The position numbers were made by a program, and so were the translations under genes. Positions 24,038 to 35,479 of a DNA stretch of 42,082 bases are shown here, piece after piece. The DNA lies in NCBI RefSeq assembly GCF_004010195.1, contig NC_057719.1, forward strand, positions 39,269,218-39,311,299. The letters run 5' to 3'. Each line of letters opens with the position of its first letter. The first letter of the stretch is position 1. The notes under the pieces were generated by a model. It saw nothing but the letters and a program-made list of their open reading frames with translations. It did no database searches and had not been told where the DNA came from. Source of the DNA: Chiloscyllium plagiosum (lineage: Eukaryota).

Positions 24038-24389
24038 ATGCTAAAGATGTTATAAGTGTTGTTGGTGGTGTGTTCAGTTGGAAAGGATAAAGAAAATAAA
24101 AGGAAGATTTAAACCAGAGCACCCAGAGGAAACCCATGCAGACACAGGGACAATATGCAAACTCCACGCAGATGGAATTGTAGCTCTTCACAAGATATTT
24201 GCCACATTTGTCTTCTATATCTCTATTTATTCTTCACTTTCTATGTTAATTATGACTCGAGTATATACCGTATACACTCGAGTAATAGTTGAATTTTTTT
24301 TGACTGCCTTTTAAGGTTAAATTTATAGGGTCAGCTATTACATGGATATTTTTGAGGGGCTGAAATTCATGCCCGTCAAAATTCATACC

Positions 24390-24905
24390 GCACTGTTGGA
24401 ATATTGCGTGCAATTCTGGTCTCCTTCCTATCGCAAAGATGTTGTGAAACTTGAAAGGGTTCAGAAAAGATCTATGAGGATGTTGCCACGATTGGAGGAT
24501 TTGAGCTACAGGCTAGAGCTGTTTTCCCTGGAGCGTCGGAGTTTGAGGGGTGACCTTATAGAGGTTTACAAAATTATGAGGGGTATGGATAGGATAAATA
24601 GACAAAGTCTTTTCCCTGGGGTCGGGGAATCCAGAACTAGAGGGCATAGATTTAGGGTGAGAGGGGCAACAGTTTCACACAAAGCATGGTACATGCTTGG
24701 AATGAGCTGCCAGAGGAAGTGGGGAGGCTGGTACAATTGCAACATTTAAGAGGCATTTGGATGGGTATATGAATAGGAAGGGTTTGGAGAGATATGGGCC
24801 GGGTACTGGCAGATGGGAATAGATTGGGTTGGGATATCTGGTCGGCATGGACAGGTTGGACCGAAGGGTCTGTTTTCATGCTGTACATCTCTATAACTGT
24901 CTATT
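24390..24905 (+). mobile_element. CR1 LINE 3' portion
   Basis: LLEYCVQFWSPSYRKDVVKLERVQKR...RGDLIEVYKIMRGMDR...SRTRGHRF, followed by CR1 3'UTR. Confidence 0.9.
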
Positions 24906-25865
24906 CAGAAAGGAGTGTGGATGCATGAAATTCATTAACTGCTTTACTTCTTACACATTCCACAAACCTGCTGAGCCAAAAAGGAAAAAAATGTCTATAA
25001 AAACAATAAAACTGGGAAGTGAACATACCAGTTTTCAGGTACACAAGCTGAAAACACCGAGTCAGACCACTGTGTTATTTCCAAGTTTTATAATTTTTTG
25101 CTTCAGTGAAGCATTCAATTAAATGCAAGAAACCAAGCCAATGTTCCAGATTGCAACCCAAAACGATGACATATGGTGAATGGAAAAGACTTAGTGTTGC
25201 TCAGGCACGACCCGTATATATCAGCTGATCCTTAATAGTTTGTCATCAGAAAATCAGAAATCGCTTTCTTTATATGGGCTACATAAAAGGAAGAGAACGT
25301 CAATCACTCCAAATATTTCTGTAGATGTGGTAATCTCGGGGTCAAATGGCTGAAATGCTTGCCCTCAATAATATTCATTGATATTGATTGTCGTTCTACC
25401 TTGTCGTTTAGTCCTCTGATACTTAATAAAGTAACTATAAATCAATTTGAGAATTAATTGTGTGATCCAGCAGCAATTTGTGCTCATAATGAGCAAGTTT
25501 CAGACAACGCTATATTGATATAATCCTGAATCTTTGGCCAAATGATCCAAATGTAGTCTCCTGCTGCAAGAAAAGTATCAGACAATTAAATCTTAGCTTT
25601 GTTGATAATTTCTGCCCAAAATAGTACTGTGATTGGCAATGTTTGCAGATCTAGTTAGCTGTGTACCAATAGAGAAAAGCTACTAATTAACAGATTTATG
25701 CTAAACATATTTTAATGTCATTCTTGCTCCTATAGCCATAGGGTACAAGCTGATCGCTAGTGTAGAAAGTTCATCGGAAGTAAATAAGAATACGAATATC
25801 AATGTTATATTCTTTAAATTTTTAGTTTGAACAAGACTCTAAAGCTTATGAAAGGGGTGGCTTAC

Positions 25866-26475
25866 CTTTTATATTTATGAGTGATCCAGGATAAAACATT
25901 GAATAAATCTTCGATGTCCAGGTCTGCTTGGAAAACTTGATTTAGGTGATGAAAAATACATGCATGGTAAGCTTTTGCAAATATTTTAAAGATCTCATTT
26001 TGGTTCGAAAAAGACAATATATTGGTTAACACAATCTTCTGCAGCTTTGTTACATATTTCTCGACATCATTTTCGGCACCATTTTTCAGGAATAGCGGAA
26101 TTTGATTTTGCACAAACAATTCCACTATTTCAGTAAACTGTTGTTTCCATTCCTTTGTTCTTTCAGATTCTAAGCTGTCTGTTTCCAGTTCCTCTTTCAA
26201 CTGAGCCACCCTGTTATCTTCCAGCTCAACTACACGATACACCAATAATATAAATTCCTGCTGCTCTGGTGGCAATGTCCCACTAAATGATGAAATATTG
26301 CTTTTCAATTCTTTCAAAAGACTGTCCACATCCAATATAGTGTGCTGTTTTGGATTTGTTTGCATGTTATTTACTATAGGTTTCTTCAGCGAACTGTATC
26401 TGTCTTTGTGCTGATCAAGCCAAGAATTCACTTCCTTGAACCTTCGACCTTGCATTAATTTTTGTACTTCTATAA
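25866..26475 (-). CDS. Sec6/EXOC3-family gene, coding exon 2 (acceptor at 26475 or 26469)
   Basis: Long open frame (197-aa ORF in track) ending KYK-AG|GTAAG, phase 1/2. Helical sequence with RTKEWKQQF and IFAKAYHACIFHHL...LFNVLSWI, resembling TNFAIP2/EXOC3 N-terminal Sec6 segments. Confidence 0.9.
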
Positions 26476-26707
26476 CTTAGGAAAGAAAGTTAAATAAAAT
26501 CAAACAGGTTATTTTCAGAAGATGTAACAAATACAGTCTGATTCAATTATTTAAAGATCTAGTACTCCTATCTTTAATTCTATTTGACAACTAGATTCAG
26601 TAAATATTAATAACATTTGGAACAATGAAATTCAATTTAAAAAAAAAACTGCCAATTTTCTTTCCTACACTTCTAAAGACATTTACTTCGGGCTGCCAGA
26701 CACACTT

Positions 26708-26886
26708 CCACCCTCCTATTTATCTCTCAGCCCCCTGCTCACCCCCACCCCCATCACATTCCTGATGAAGGGCTTATGCCCGAAACATCAACTCTCCCGC
26801 TCTTTGGATGCTGTTTGACCTGCTGTGCTTTTCCAGCGACACACTTTGATTGTGACTCTCCTGCCTCTGTAGTCCTCACTTTCTCC
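26708..26886 (+). mobile_element. PLE 3' end (family A) with hammerhead core
   Basis: attcctgatgaagggcttatgcccgaaacatc...gtcctcactttctcc; the CG of the stem III/cleavage site is mutated to CA. Confidence 0.8.
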
Positions 26887-27898
26887 TAGATGTCTTGTTT
26901 TGTCAGGAGCAACTTTTTTTTCACAATGCGTTCTGGTGATCAAATAGCTTTCTCCAGATTGCTCAAATGAATGGATTTTCACTGACTGAATCCCCTTTAC
27001 CAATTCCCTTTGCAACCGCATCACCTCCCTCACTTTATGCAATTACATTAAAACAATCTCATTATATAATTGCACCCTACAATTATAACACCTAAAATGA
27101 GCAAAACGTAATGTAAGCAGAAACAATTATGCCAGTTTACTCTCATGTTTTCCACTCTTTGAACTATTACATGTAAATTATAATGTCAGCACATGACCTC
27201 CCACCTCCAACCGTCCCTCCTCCTTTTGCCATTAGTTGTGCTACATAATCAATTCTCAAGGCTTTTCAATGTGCATCAGTTTGGTTTTTGAACATCTGGT
27301 CATCCTATATTTACTCTGACAGTGAGAAGATCCCAAAGGTATCTATAATAAACTCTACACCACTTAAGTAGCCATTATTCAAAAATGGGCCTGGGCAACA
27401 TACGTTAGATGCTATTTAGCATGCTATTTGTCACACCTGAATAAGGTCCACTTTCTGCTGAACATCATGGGTGACAATCAGGAGCAGAATTCTTGACGTT
27501 TCTCCCCTTTCCATCACAATTCAAGATTGCTAACAGCCAATTTTCAATCAGATTTAGAGTAGCTAACTCAGATCAGACAATGGGTGAAAATTTCTCCTTC
27601 CTTGGTGCATCATGAGCAACAACGAGTAATGCAGAAAAATATGATGAGAACAAAAACAAGATTTCTGTGACAACTAATGTTTTTTCTAATTTTTTCCCCA
27701 CTTAAGCCTTAAATAACAATTCAGAATATTGAGCAGCAATTACCTTATTTCCAAATATTTACATCTCATTAAAGCCACAACTCCCCTTATCTCTACACCA
27801 CTTCTAATTGTCCTCTCCCCAACAATAAAATACATGGTGCAAATTGCTGATGTGTAAATCACAACAGGTAAATAAATGGCAGCTGCAGCTCACCAAAA

Positions 27899-28199
27899 TG
27901 GGTGGCACAGTGTAACCTCGCAGCGCCAGTGACCCGGGATCGATTCCAGCCTTGAGTGACTGCATGGAGTTTGCACATTCTCCCTGTGTCTGTGTGGGTT
28001 TCTTCCAGGTGCTCTGGTTTCCTCCCACAGTCCAAAGATGTGCAATTCAGGTGAAATGGCCAAGCTAAATTGCCCCATAGTGATAGGTGCATTAGTGGGG
28101 AGTAGGGGAATGGGTCTGGGTGGGTTACTCTTCAGAGGGTCAGTGTGGACTTGTTGGGCCGAAGGGCCTGTTTCTGCACTGTAGGGAATCTAATCTAAC
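27899..28199 (+). mobile_element. HE1/V-SINE, near full length
   Basis: tRNA-like head with B box gggatcgattcc, V-domain core, tail aatctaatctaa. Confidence 0.88.
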
Positions 28200-29002
28200 C
28201 TAAAAGCTTGTCCTACCCATCATGCAAAACTTTCTTCCCACAATTCCTCTGCATGTTCCTTGGCCACCATCCTCCTCAGCCCTTGGACCAAATTAAGCAA
28301 CCCTTCAACCCTTAAGAGCTCAGACACCTATAACTTGCATGTTAATGCCAGCTCACTTTATAAAGGACACACATGCAAATTCATGCATTTTCAGAGTGTA
28401 CTGAGTGTACTGAGGTCAGCCAGGTGGATTTCATTGAATATGAGTTCTCGGATTGGGGCAGTTAATCTTCGAAGACTGTACTCAGTATGTGGAAACAATT
28501 AATATTTTCTGGGCAAATGACATTGGGGCAGATGAAAGGAAATGTGTAATTCTTCTGACAACTTGTGAACCCACAGCTGTTTGGGTTATTAGGAGTCTAA
28601 CTTTCCCTAAGGCAGAAGATGAGGCATTCTCCCTCCAGGTGCGGGTGGTGAGGGAGCAGTGGTGGAGAAGGCCCAGGACCTGCATGTCCTCGGCAGAGTG
28701 GGAGGGGGAGTTGAAATGTTGGGCCATGGGGCAGTGGGGTTGATTGGTGCAGCTGTCCCGGAGATATTCCCTGAAGCGCTCTGTGAGGAGGCGTCCAGTC
28801 TCCCCAATGTAGAGGAGACCACAGCGGGAGCAACGGATACAATAAATGATATTGGTGGATGGGGCGAAACTTTAATGGATGTGGAAGGCTCCTTTGGGGC
28901 CTTGGATGGAGGTGAGGGAGGAGGCACAGGTTTTGCAATTCCTGCGGTGGCAGGACAAGAGGGTGGGTTGTTGGGGGGGCTTGGACCTGATCAGGTAGTC
29001 AC

Positions 29003-29939
29003 CGATGATACGAAGTTAGGTGGACAGGCAGGTAGTACTGAGGAAGTGGGGAGGCTACAGAAGGATCTCGACAGGTTGGGAGAGTGGTCCAGGAAATGGC
29101 TGATGGAATTTAACGTGAGCAAGTGCGAGGTCTTGCACTTTGGCAAAAAGAATAAGAGCATAGACTACTTTCTAAATGGTGAGGAAATTAATAAAGCCAA
29201 AGCACAAAGGGATCTGGGAGTGCTAGTCGAGGATTCTCTAAAGGTAAGCATGCAGGTTGAGTCCGTGATTAAGAAAGCGAATGCAATGTTGTCTCTTATC
29301 TCAAGAGGGTTGGAATATAAAAGCAGAGATGTACTACTAAGACTTTATAAGGCTCTGGTTAGGCCCCATTTGGAGTACTGTGTCCAGTTTTGGTCCCCAC
29401 ACCTCAGGAAGGACATACTGGCACTGGAACGTGTCCAGCGGAGATTCACACGGATGATCCCTGGAATGACAGGTCTAACATATGAGGAACGGCTGAGGAT
29501 ACTGGGATTGTATTCGTTGGAGTTTAGAAGATTAAGGGGAGACTTAATAGAGACGTACAAAATAATACATGGCTTGGAAAAGGTGGATGCTAGGAAATTG
29601 TTTCTGTTAGACGAGGAGACTAGGACCCGTGGACACAGCCTTAGAATTAGAGGGGGTCATTTCAGAACAGAAATGCGGAGACATTTCTTCAGCCAGAGAG
29701 TGGTGGGCCTGTGGAATTCATTGCCACGGAGTGCAGTGGAAGCCGGGACGCTAAATGTCTTCAAGGCCGAGATTGATAGATTCTTGTTGTCTAGAGGAAT
29801 TAAGGGCTACGGGGAGAATGCTGGTAAGTGGAGCTGAAATGCGCATCAGCCATGATTGAATGGCGGAGTGGACTCGATGGGCCGAATGGCCTTACTTCCA
29901 CTCCTATGTCTTATGGTCTTATCGTCTTATGGTCTTATG
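29003..29939 (+). mobile_element. Young 5'-truncated CR1 LINE with uninterrupted ORF2 C-terminus
   Basis: Open frame DDTKLGG...LQKDLDRLGEWSRKWLMEFNVSKC...LYKALVRPHLEYCVQFWSP...GKWS* (stop 29837). 8-bp ttatggtc tail repeats. Flanking gtcac at 28998-29002 and 29940-29944. Confidence 0.93.
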
Positions 29940-30113
29940 GTCACGGAGGGAACAGTCTTTGCGGAAAATGGAAAGGGGTGGGGAGGGAAATATATCTCTG
30001 GTGGTGGGGTCTGTTTGGAGGTGGCGGAAATGTCCACCTATTGTACTCTTTGCTACCTTCTCCTCAGCCCCACCCCCCCATTTATCTCTCCACCCTGGAG
30101 GATCCCTGCCTCT

Positions 30114-30149
30114 ATTCCTGATGAAGGGCTTTTGCCCGAAACGTCGATT
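30114..30149 (+). ncRNA. Minimal hammerhead ribozyme core (family A)
   Basis: attc-CTGATGA-A-GGGC-tttt-GCCC-GAAA-CGTC-gatt; core and stem II intact, stem I has a mismatch. Confidence 0.55.
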
Positions 30150-31575
30150 TTCCTGCTCCTTGGATGCTGCCTGACCTGATTTGGACACAAATATCTGGTC
30201 CTGGCAAAACTGAAACTGGTGATGATGCAGGAAACCAAAGGGCCATCGCAACCAGAAGTGAAACCTTTTTGGACCCGGGGAGACCAGATCCCAATTGCAG
30301 ATGGCATATTATTGCAGGGAGCAAGAGTGAGTGTCTTGAGCAAAGGTCACTAACAGATAATGGCTGAACACCTCCAGGGTCTTTCAGAGCTTTCCAAAAT
30401 GAAGAGGTGTTTGAGAAGTTATGTCTGGTGGCCAGAAATGGATTCAGACACAGCTGTGTAGGTGGGGCAGTGCCCAGAGTTCCAACAAGGAGAAAAATTA
30501 CAACTGCAACACTCTCTCAATCATGCAAGTGGCCAGGTAAACCCTGGACTCAGAAAGGTCTATGCAGTTCTCTTCATGGGCTCAATGTTCATACTCATTG
30601 TGAATGTCCACTCAAAGTGGCTGGACTTGCATAGAATTAATTCATCAAACACTGAGATGACAACAGAAAAACTGCACACGTCTTTTGCAATACATGGACT
30701 CTTAGAAGTGTTGGTAACAGATAATAAGCCACTGCTTATCAGCAAGGAATTTAGATATTTCCTAAAGTTGAATGTTATTCAACATGCAAGGACAGCTCTA
30801 TAGCATCCATTACCCAATGGCCTGGCAGAAAGAGCAGTCCAAACTTTGAAAGCAAGTTTAAAGAAATAGCCTACAGCTTCATAAGATAACAAATTGTTCC
30901 TGTACTTATTTGATTATAGGATCCCTATATGCAACTATAGAGGTAGTTTCAGCAGAGTTGTTCATAGGGAGAAGACTCCCCACACCCAGGTTAAATCTGA
31001 TCTTCCTGGACCTGGGTGATGGTGGTGGAGTGGGCAGGATGGAACTGCATCAGGAATGCCAATGTCAGGCACAAGACTCCATTAAGCGAGAGAGACAGTT
31101 TACTTCAGGGAAAAAAAGTTGTTGTAGGAACTACTCGAATGGCCCTGCATGGGTAAGTGTCATGGTCAATGCAAAGTCAGGTCCAGTAATGTTTTAAAGT
31201 TAAGGTAGGTGCGATGGTCCTAAACAAGTGTGTAGACCATATGAAAGCTGCAAACCCACAAACAGTGCAGGAGAAAAACGTGTCTGGTTCCTTGACAGCC
31301 TTTAACTGTTCCAGAACCTGTGGAGTCCCCCTCTCTGTCAAGCGTTTAAAGATACTTTGGAACCTGAAATAGATACAGTGGATCTCACCATCCCATTGTA
31401 GCCTGAAGAGAACACATTCTTTCAAGATGCTCTGAGAACAAGAGGCGAGCTACTGTGCATTTACACGCTGCACATATTAGGGTTGGACGAACCTGTCCAG
31501 ATGCTAAAATGCTCTGGGAGAAGACACACACACACAAAAAAAAAGCCTATATCCTCAGACTCAAAGGGGGAGAGA

Positions 31576-31756
31576 TTTAGTGATTGTAACAAGGTCAGCC
31601 AGGTGTACCTCATAGAGGACAGATAAATACAGGAGTGTCAGACATCCTGCTCACTCAGAGCTGGCTCTGAGGGAGCTAGATCAGTGACAAGGGCTCCCCA
31701 TGTGTAAAGAAAGGGTGACTTGGTGACGGGCTACTGGCCTCTGTGTAATTATTTCA
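31576..31756 (+). repeat. Gypsy 3' LTR
   Basis: Directly follows the PPT, ends ...attatttCA, shares aaggtcagccaggtg with the 5' remnant. Confidence 0.75.
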
Positions 31757-32398
31757 TACAGGATGTATCTTTATGGCTTTTAGGTTGCTATTTTAGCAAT
31801 GAGAGACTTTGTGGCAAATTTCAGAATGATAAGGTGCAATATTACCAGTTAGTCTGACTCTCACCAATTACTAGTGAGGACCTCATCTCGATGTCCTGGA
31901 TTTGTCCAGGATGTGGCATTTTGGTCTTTATGTTGAGAAGGGCCTCACGGGTCATCTCATAGAAATTTGGGAAAATTCTAACACTGCAACATATGCTTGC
32001 AGCTTACATAACAGGTACACTGCATGTGATTCAAGAAGTTGAGGTCATGTTGAAACTGTCCACTGTGGGATGAAGGAAGACTACAGTCAGTCAGGGGGAC
32101 TGCCACAATTGGTTAAGGGGTTTGCCTGATTCCAGTCCAGGGGCTTGGTCCTACCAAGGTCCAGGGATCCTTGTTCTTGCAGAGGATTGGACCACAGTCA
32201 GTGCTGCAGGTCAAGTATAAGCAGTCCAGGGAATACATTAGGTCAATCAGGGTTTCGCAAAGACATCAATCTGTAAGGGGTTTGGTTGCAATGAGACAAA
32301 GAAAGAGATTGAATATGATGGAGGTGGATGCCACAGACTAACTGCAGAATATGTGATTGCTAAGATAGCAACCTAAAAGTCATGAGATACATCCTATG

Positions 32399-32532
32399 TG
32401 AAATAACTCCACAGGCGCCAAAGCCCATCACCAAGCCACCCTATTCTTACACATGGAGAGTCCTTGACACTGATCCAGCTCATCCATAGCCAGCACTCAG
32501 TGAGCATGAGGTCTGACATGCCTGTTTTTATT
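32399..32532 (-). mobile_element. Partial LTR of the same Gypsy family, opposite orientation
   Basis: tgaaataactccacagg...ccatcaccaagccaccct...tgatccagct is a diverged reverse complement of 31625-31756. Confidence 0.7.
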
Positions 32533-32739
32533 AGCGATGAGGTAGGAGAGATGGTGAGGCGTTCCTAGTGAGTTCATAGGAAGTCTAAAGGGTAGGGATG
32601 GTTAGCTTGCGGTGGGCAAGAGCCATTGAGCGGACATGATGCATGTAATGGAGTTATAGCCCATAAGTCTTGATGAGGGAGGGGTGCAGTGGCAGAGTAA
32701 GAGTGAGTGGTGACTCGGAGTGTGAGGTAGCAGAGGAAA

Positions 32740-32985
32740 GATGGTGATATTTACCTTTGCACTGCACAGCAGTTTGTTGACCTTCTTGCACTATTGCTGG
32801 GTATCCCACTTTACTTGAGGCCAAGTTGTAACCTGTATCCAGGCTGGCTTCATCTAGTGGCATGGCCTCCGGTTGCAGAAAGCTGGAAAAAGATTGCCCT
32901 CTTCGCCACCACCCTGTCCACCACCACCATCAGGTCCCTATCCATGAAGCAGGAAGCGAGTTTTCCTTTTGTCGATATCATGTCA
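32740..32985 (-). pseudogene. Decayed Myb/SANT-like gene fragment, probably from a PIF/Harbinger transposon
   Basis: KGKLASCFMDRDLMVVVDRVVAKRAIFF followed in another frame by QTAVQCKGKYHHL, resembling the 'F...EL.VLVD.V...F ... RT..QCRKK.NDL' pattern. Confidence 0.45.
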
Positions 32986-33166
32986 TGAAGGTAGAGTTTC
33001 GAGTACCACAGGTGTGCAGTAGCTCCTAGTTTGCAGTGTCTGAAGTGTCTGCAGTCCCTATCCATGAAGCAGCAAGTGAGTTTTCCTTTTGTCGATATGA
33101 TGTCATGAAGGTAGAGTTTCAAGTATCACAGTGTGCAGTAGCTCCTAGTTTGCAGTGTTTGAAGTG
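32934..33166. repeat. Tandem duplication, about 120-bp period, two copies
   Basis: gtccctatccatgaagcag...ttgcagtgt(c/t)tgaagtg at 32934-33047 and 33054-33166. Confidence 0.9.
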
Positions 33167-34888
33167 GGCTTTAAATATGGACCAGGTGTGTGAAGGCCAG
33201 AAGGCCCTGGCAGTGGTGAGTATTCCTGCCTGTGATTCCCCGTTAAGGCAATCAAGAACGTGGTTGTATAAGTAATGAAGTGAAGAGTGGAAAACTGCAT
33301 GAGAAATGTCAATGCACGCTATGGCAGGCCACGTGGAATAAATCACACTAGACAAAACACTAACTGAAAATGGGAACATTTCACCATGAATTGAACCAGC
33401 TAACGTTTAGCAGTCTGGATGACTTGACAAAATGCAATGGCCCTGAAACTTAACAAGTCACCAATCCTGGCACTAACACCAAAATCACACCAGGAGGAGC
33501 TGCTGCTCACCTTAACAGACTGATGTGAGACTCTTACTAAAAATTGACAATTGTCCACATTGTATCATTCACATTATACAATTTCCATTGCATTGTATTG
33601 TACCTCAACCTGACCCACATAAGGCCTGCAGTGGGTATGGTCAGTGGTAGGGGCAGAGTCCCAGGTCAGGTAGAACTTTGCAATTTGGTCTGCTGAATGA
33701 ATATAGTCATAGAAGTGAAGTCCACTTCATTCTAGACTAAGATTGCTTTAAAAAAAAACAAATGGCACATCTAGTATCCTTCAGACAGAATGCCAGTTAC
33801 CTCCTTCAGGTACAACTTACCATTTAGTGATTCCTCTATTGCAGTTACGCACCCAAAATATGGTCTAGAAGTGTACATGCCCATGGCTATTTTTAAATCA
33901 GGTGATTGGTAGGATCAATAGCAGAGATAACCAGCAGATGGGAGTCTAGCATTTACACTAGGACTAAAGAACCAATGCACTGGCTGGCATAACAAAATAT
34001 CTTTGACTCTATGCTTGGCCTCCACGCCCACCCAAACTGTCTCAAATTTTAACCCAGAGAGTCTAATTTCTCATTGCATTGTAAAAGACTTGAAAGAAAA
34101 TGTGCTTGGGCAAACTCAATTCACAATGCGATAGGTTTTGTCTTAGTTGGCCATGGCCAAACAGCCTGCTAGCCATTAAGTTCAAACTCCAAACTGAAAA
34201 ATATTGCTTAAAGAATTAATGGCTGTGCAAATGGTAAAAATACCTAGCAAGTTTTCCAACCTTCAGTGAAGAAAGAACTATAACTGAAAAGTGAAAAACA
34301 GAAGCCCTTTAGTGTATGCATGGGTAGATTAGTGCAGGCAGAATCGTGACATACAAATTAGGAAATTTCTCTATATCAATTTATCAATACAGCAGACTTG
34401 CATTACAACTCCTGGATAAGGAGTGGAAAACGTCAGTCAACATTCTAATTCCTGTCAGCAAACCAATGGCCTCTCAATCAGAGTATCTGCATGAGAACTG
34501 CAATAACTGTTATTATCAAATATCCCAGTATTCCCCATCCTACTTCATACATGAAGTATTGTCACTTGATTGAACACCCAACGACAGCTTTGATGAACCC
34601 GGATTTCAGTACGAGTATTATGAGTGAAGATGTATTTGGAGAAACTCCCATCTTCCCACTTGGTTTATTGTGGGAAAAGAATAATAGTGAGTGTTTTTGT
34701 ACAGTTTGCTTTCATTATGAGTACCGTTCCTATCCGCAGCACTTGAAAGATATTAAGACTGTTTGTTTGGTATGAATAATCTCAAAAAATGAAACAAAAG
34801 AATACTTTCAGAGAAGCCTAGCACAATTTATAAAAATGACAAAAAATCTTTAAAAATTTCAGAATAGAACAATACTAAACATATTTAC

Positions 34889-35057
34889 CTTTACAATCAT
34901 CAGGTCCATCAGAAAAATAAAGCTTGTCTTCTTTCTCATGTGAACATTTTTGCAATTTTTCAGCTTTCTCTGATTTAAATTCATCAGCATTTTCCCTAGT
35001 GATTAAACGATCTTCTTCAGAACTACTGATCTTGCTTCCCCATTTAGATTTCCACAT
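34889..35057 (-). CDS. Sec6/EXOC3-family gene, first coding exon (preceded by 7 nt of UTR from acceptor at 35064)
   Basis: Acceptor TTCCTTTTTAATATAG|GAGGAAAATG; MWKSKWGSKISSSEEDRLITRENADEFKSEKAEKLQKCSHEKEDKLYFSDGPDDCK; donor AAG|GTAAAT in phase 1, matching exon 2. Confidence 0.72.
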
Positions 35058-35479
35058 TTTCCTCCTATATTAAAAAGGAATTTATCATAATTATCATTAT
35101 TCTAAACTGTTCATGATAGTCCTCTGATTTGAGAGCAAAATCATTCTTAATCCAAATGCATCAAAACATATATGTTAGTGCTTCTTTTTGCATGATTTAC
35201 AATCAGATTTCAACATCAAATTCAAATTTTGTACAGGTAAAAGGATAATTTGAGTAAATCACAATTATAATTTTATAATCTAGTAAATTGTCCATTATTC
35301 AAAAACTATGTGTGCACAATTAGAGATCTAATTGATATAAGATCCCACATGCATCAATAATTCTCAAAATTACAATGTGTGATATTTATTGATTTTTATT
35401 GCAAAGAAAGTAACTGTACATTTCACAATCGTTTGACAAGGTACATCACAAAAAGGTTGTATATTGGCATTTTGGCAAA

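Larger units (their letters stand above)
28604..30178 (-). mobile_element. Penelope-like element fragment with GIY-YIG domain and inverted terminal arm, split by CR1
   Basis: Minus strand NIIYCIRCSRCGLLYIGETGRLLTERFREY...PMAQHFNSPSHS (GIY-YIG). PLE sequence resumes at 29945; 30035-30178 is an inverted (+) family A terminus with hammerhead core. Confidence 0.85.
28405..31756 (+). mobile_element. Internally deleted Gypsy/Ty3 LTR retrotransposon hosting nested insertions
   Basis: 5' LTR remnant 28405-28467 (gaggtcagccaggtg, also in the 3' LTR). gag-like EDCTQYVETINIFWANDIGADERKCVILLTTC...IRSLTFP. Integrase-like RSYVWWPEMD...FILIVNVHSKWLD...FAIHGLLEVLVTDN...PNGLAERAVQTLK (30180-30870). PPT aaagggggagaga at 31563-31575. 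Confidence 0.82.

Noticed and set aside
28659..29837. 392-aa ORF as a host gene
   Set aside because: It is a chance in-frame join of antisense Penelope sequence (to ~29002) and CR1 ORF2 C-terminus; no promoter or splice support.
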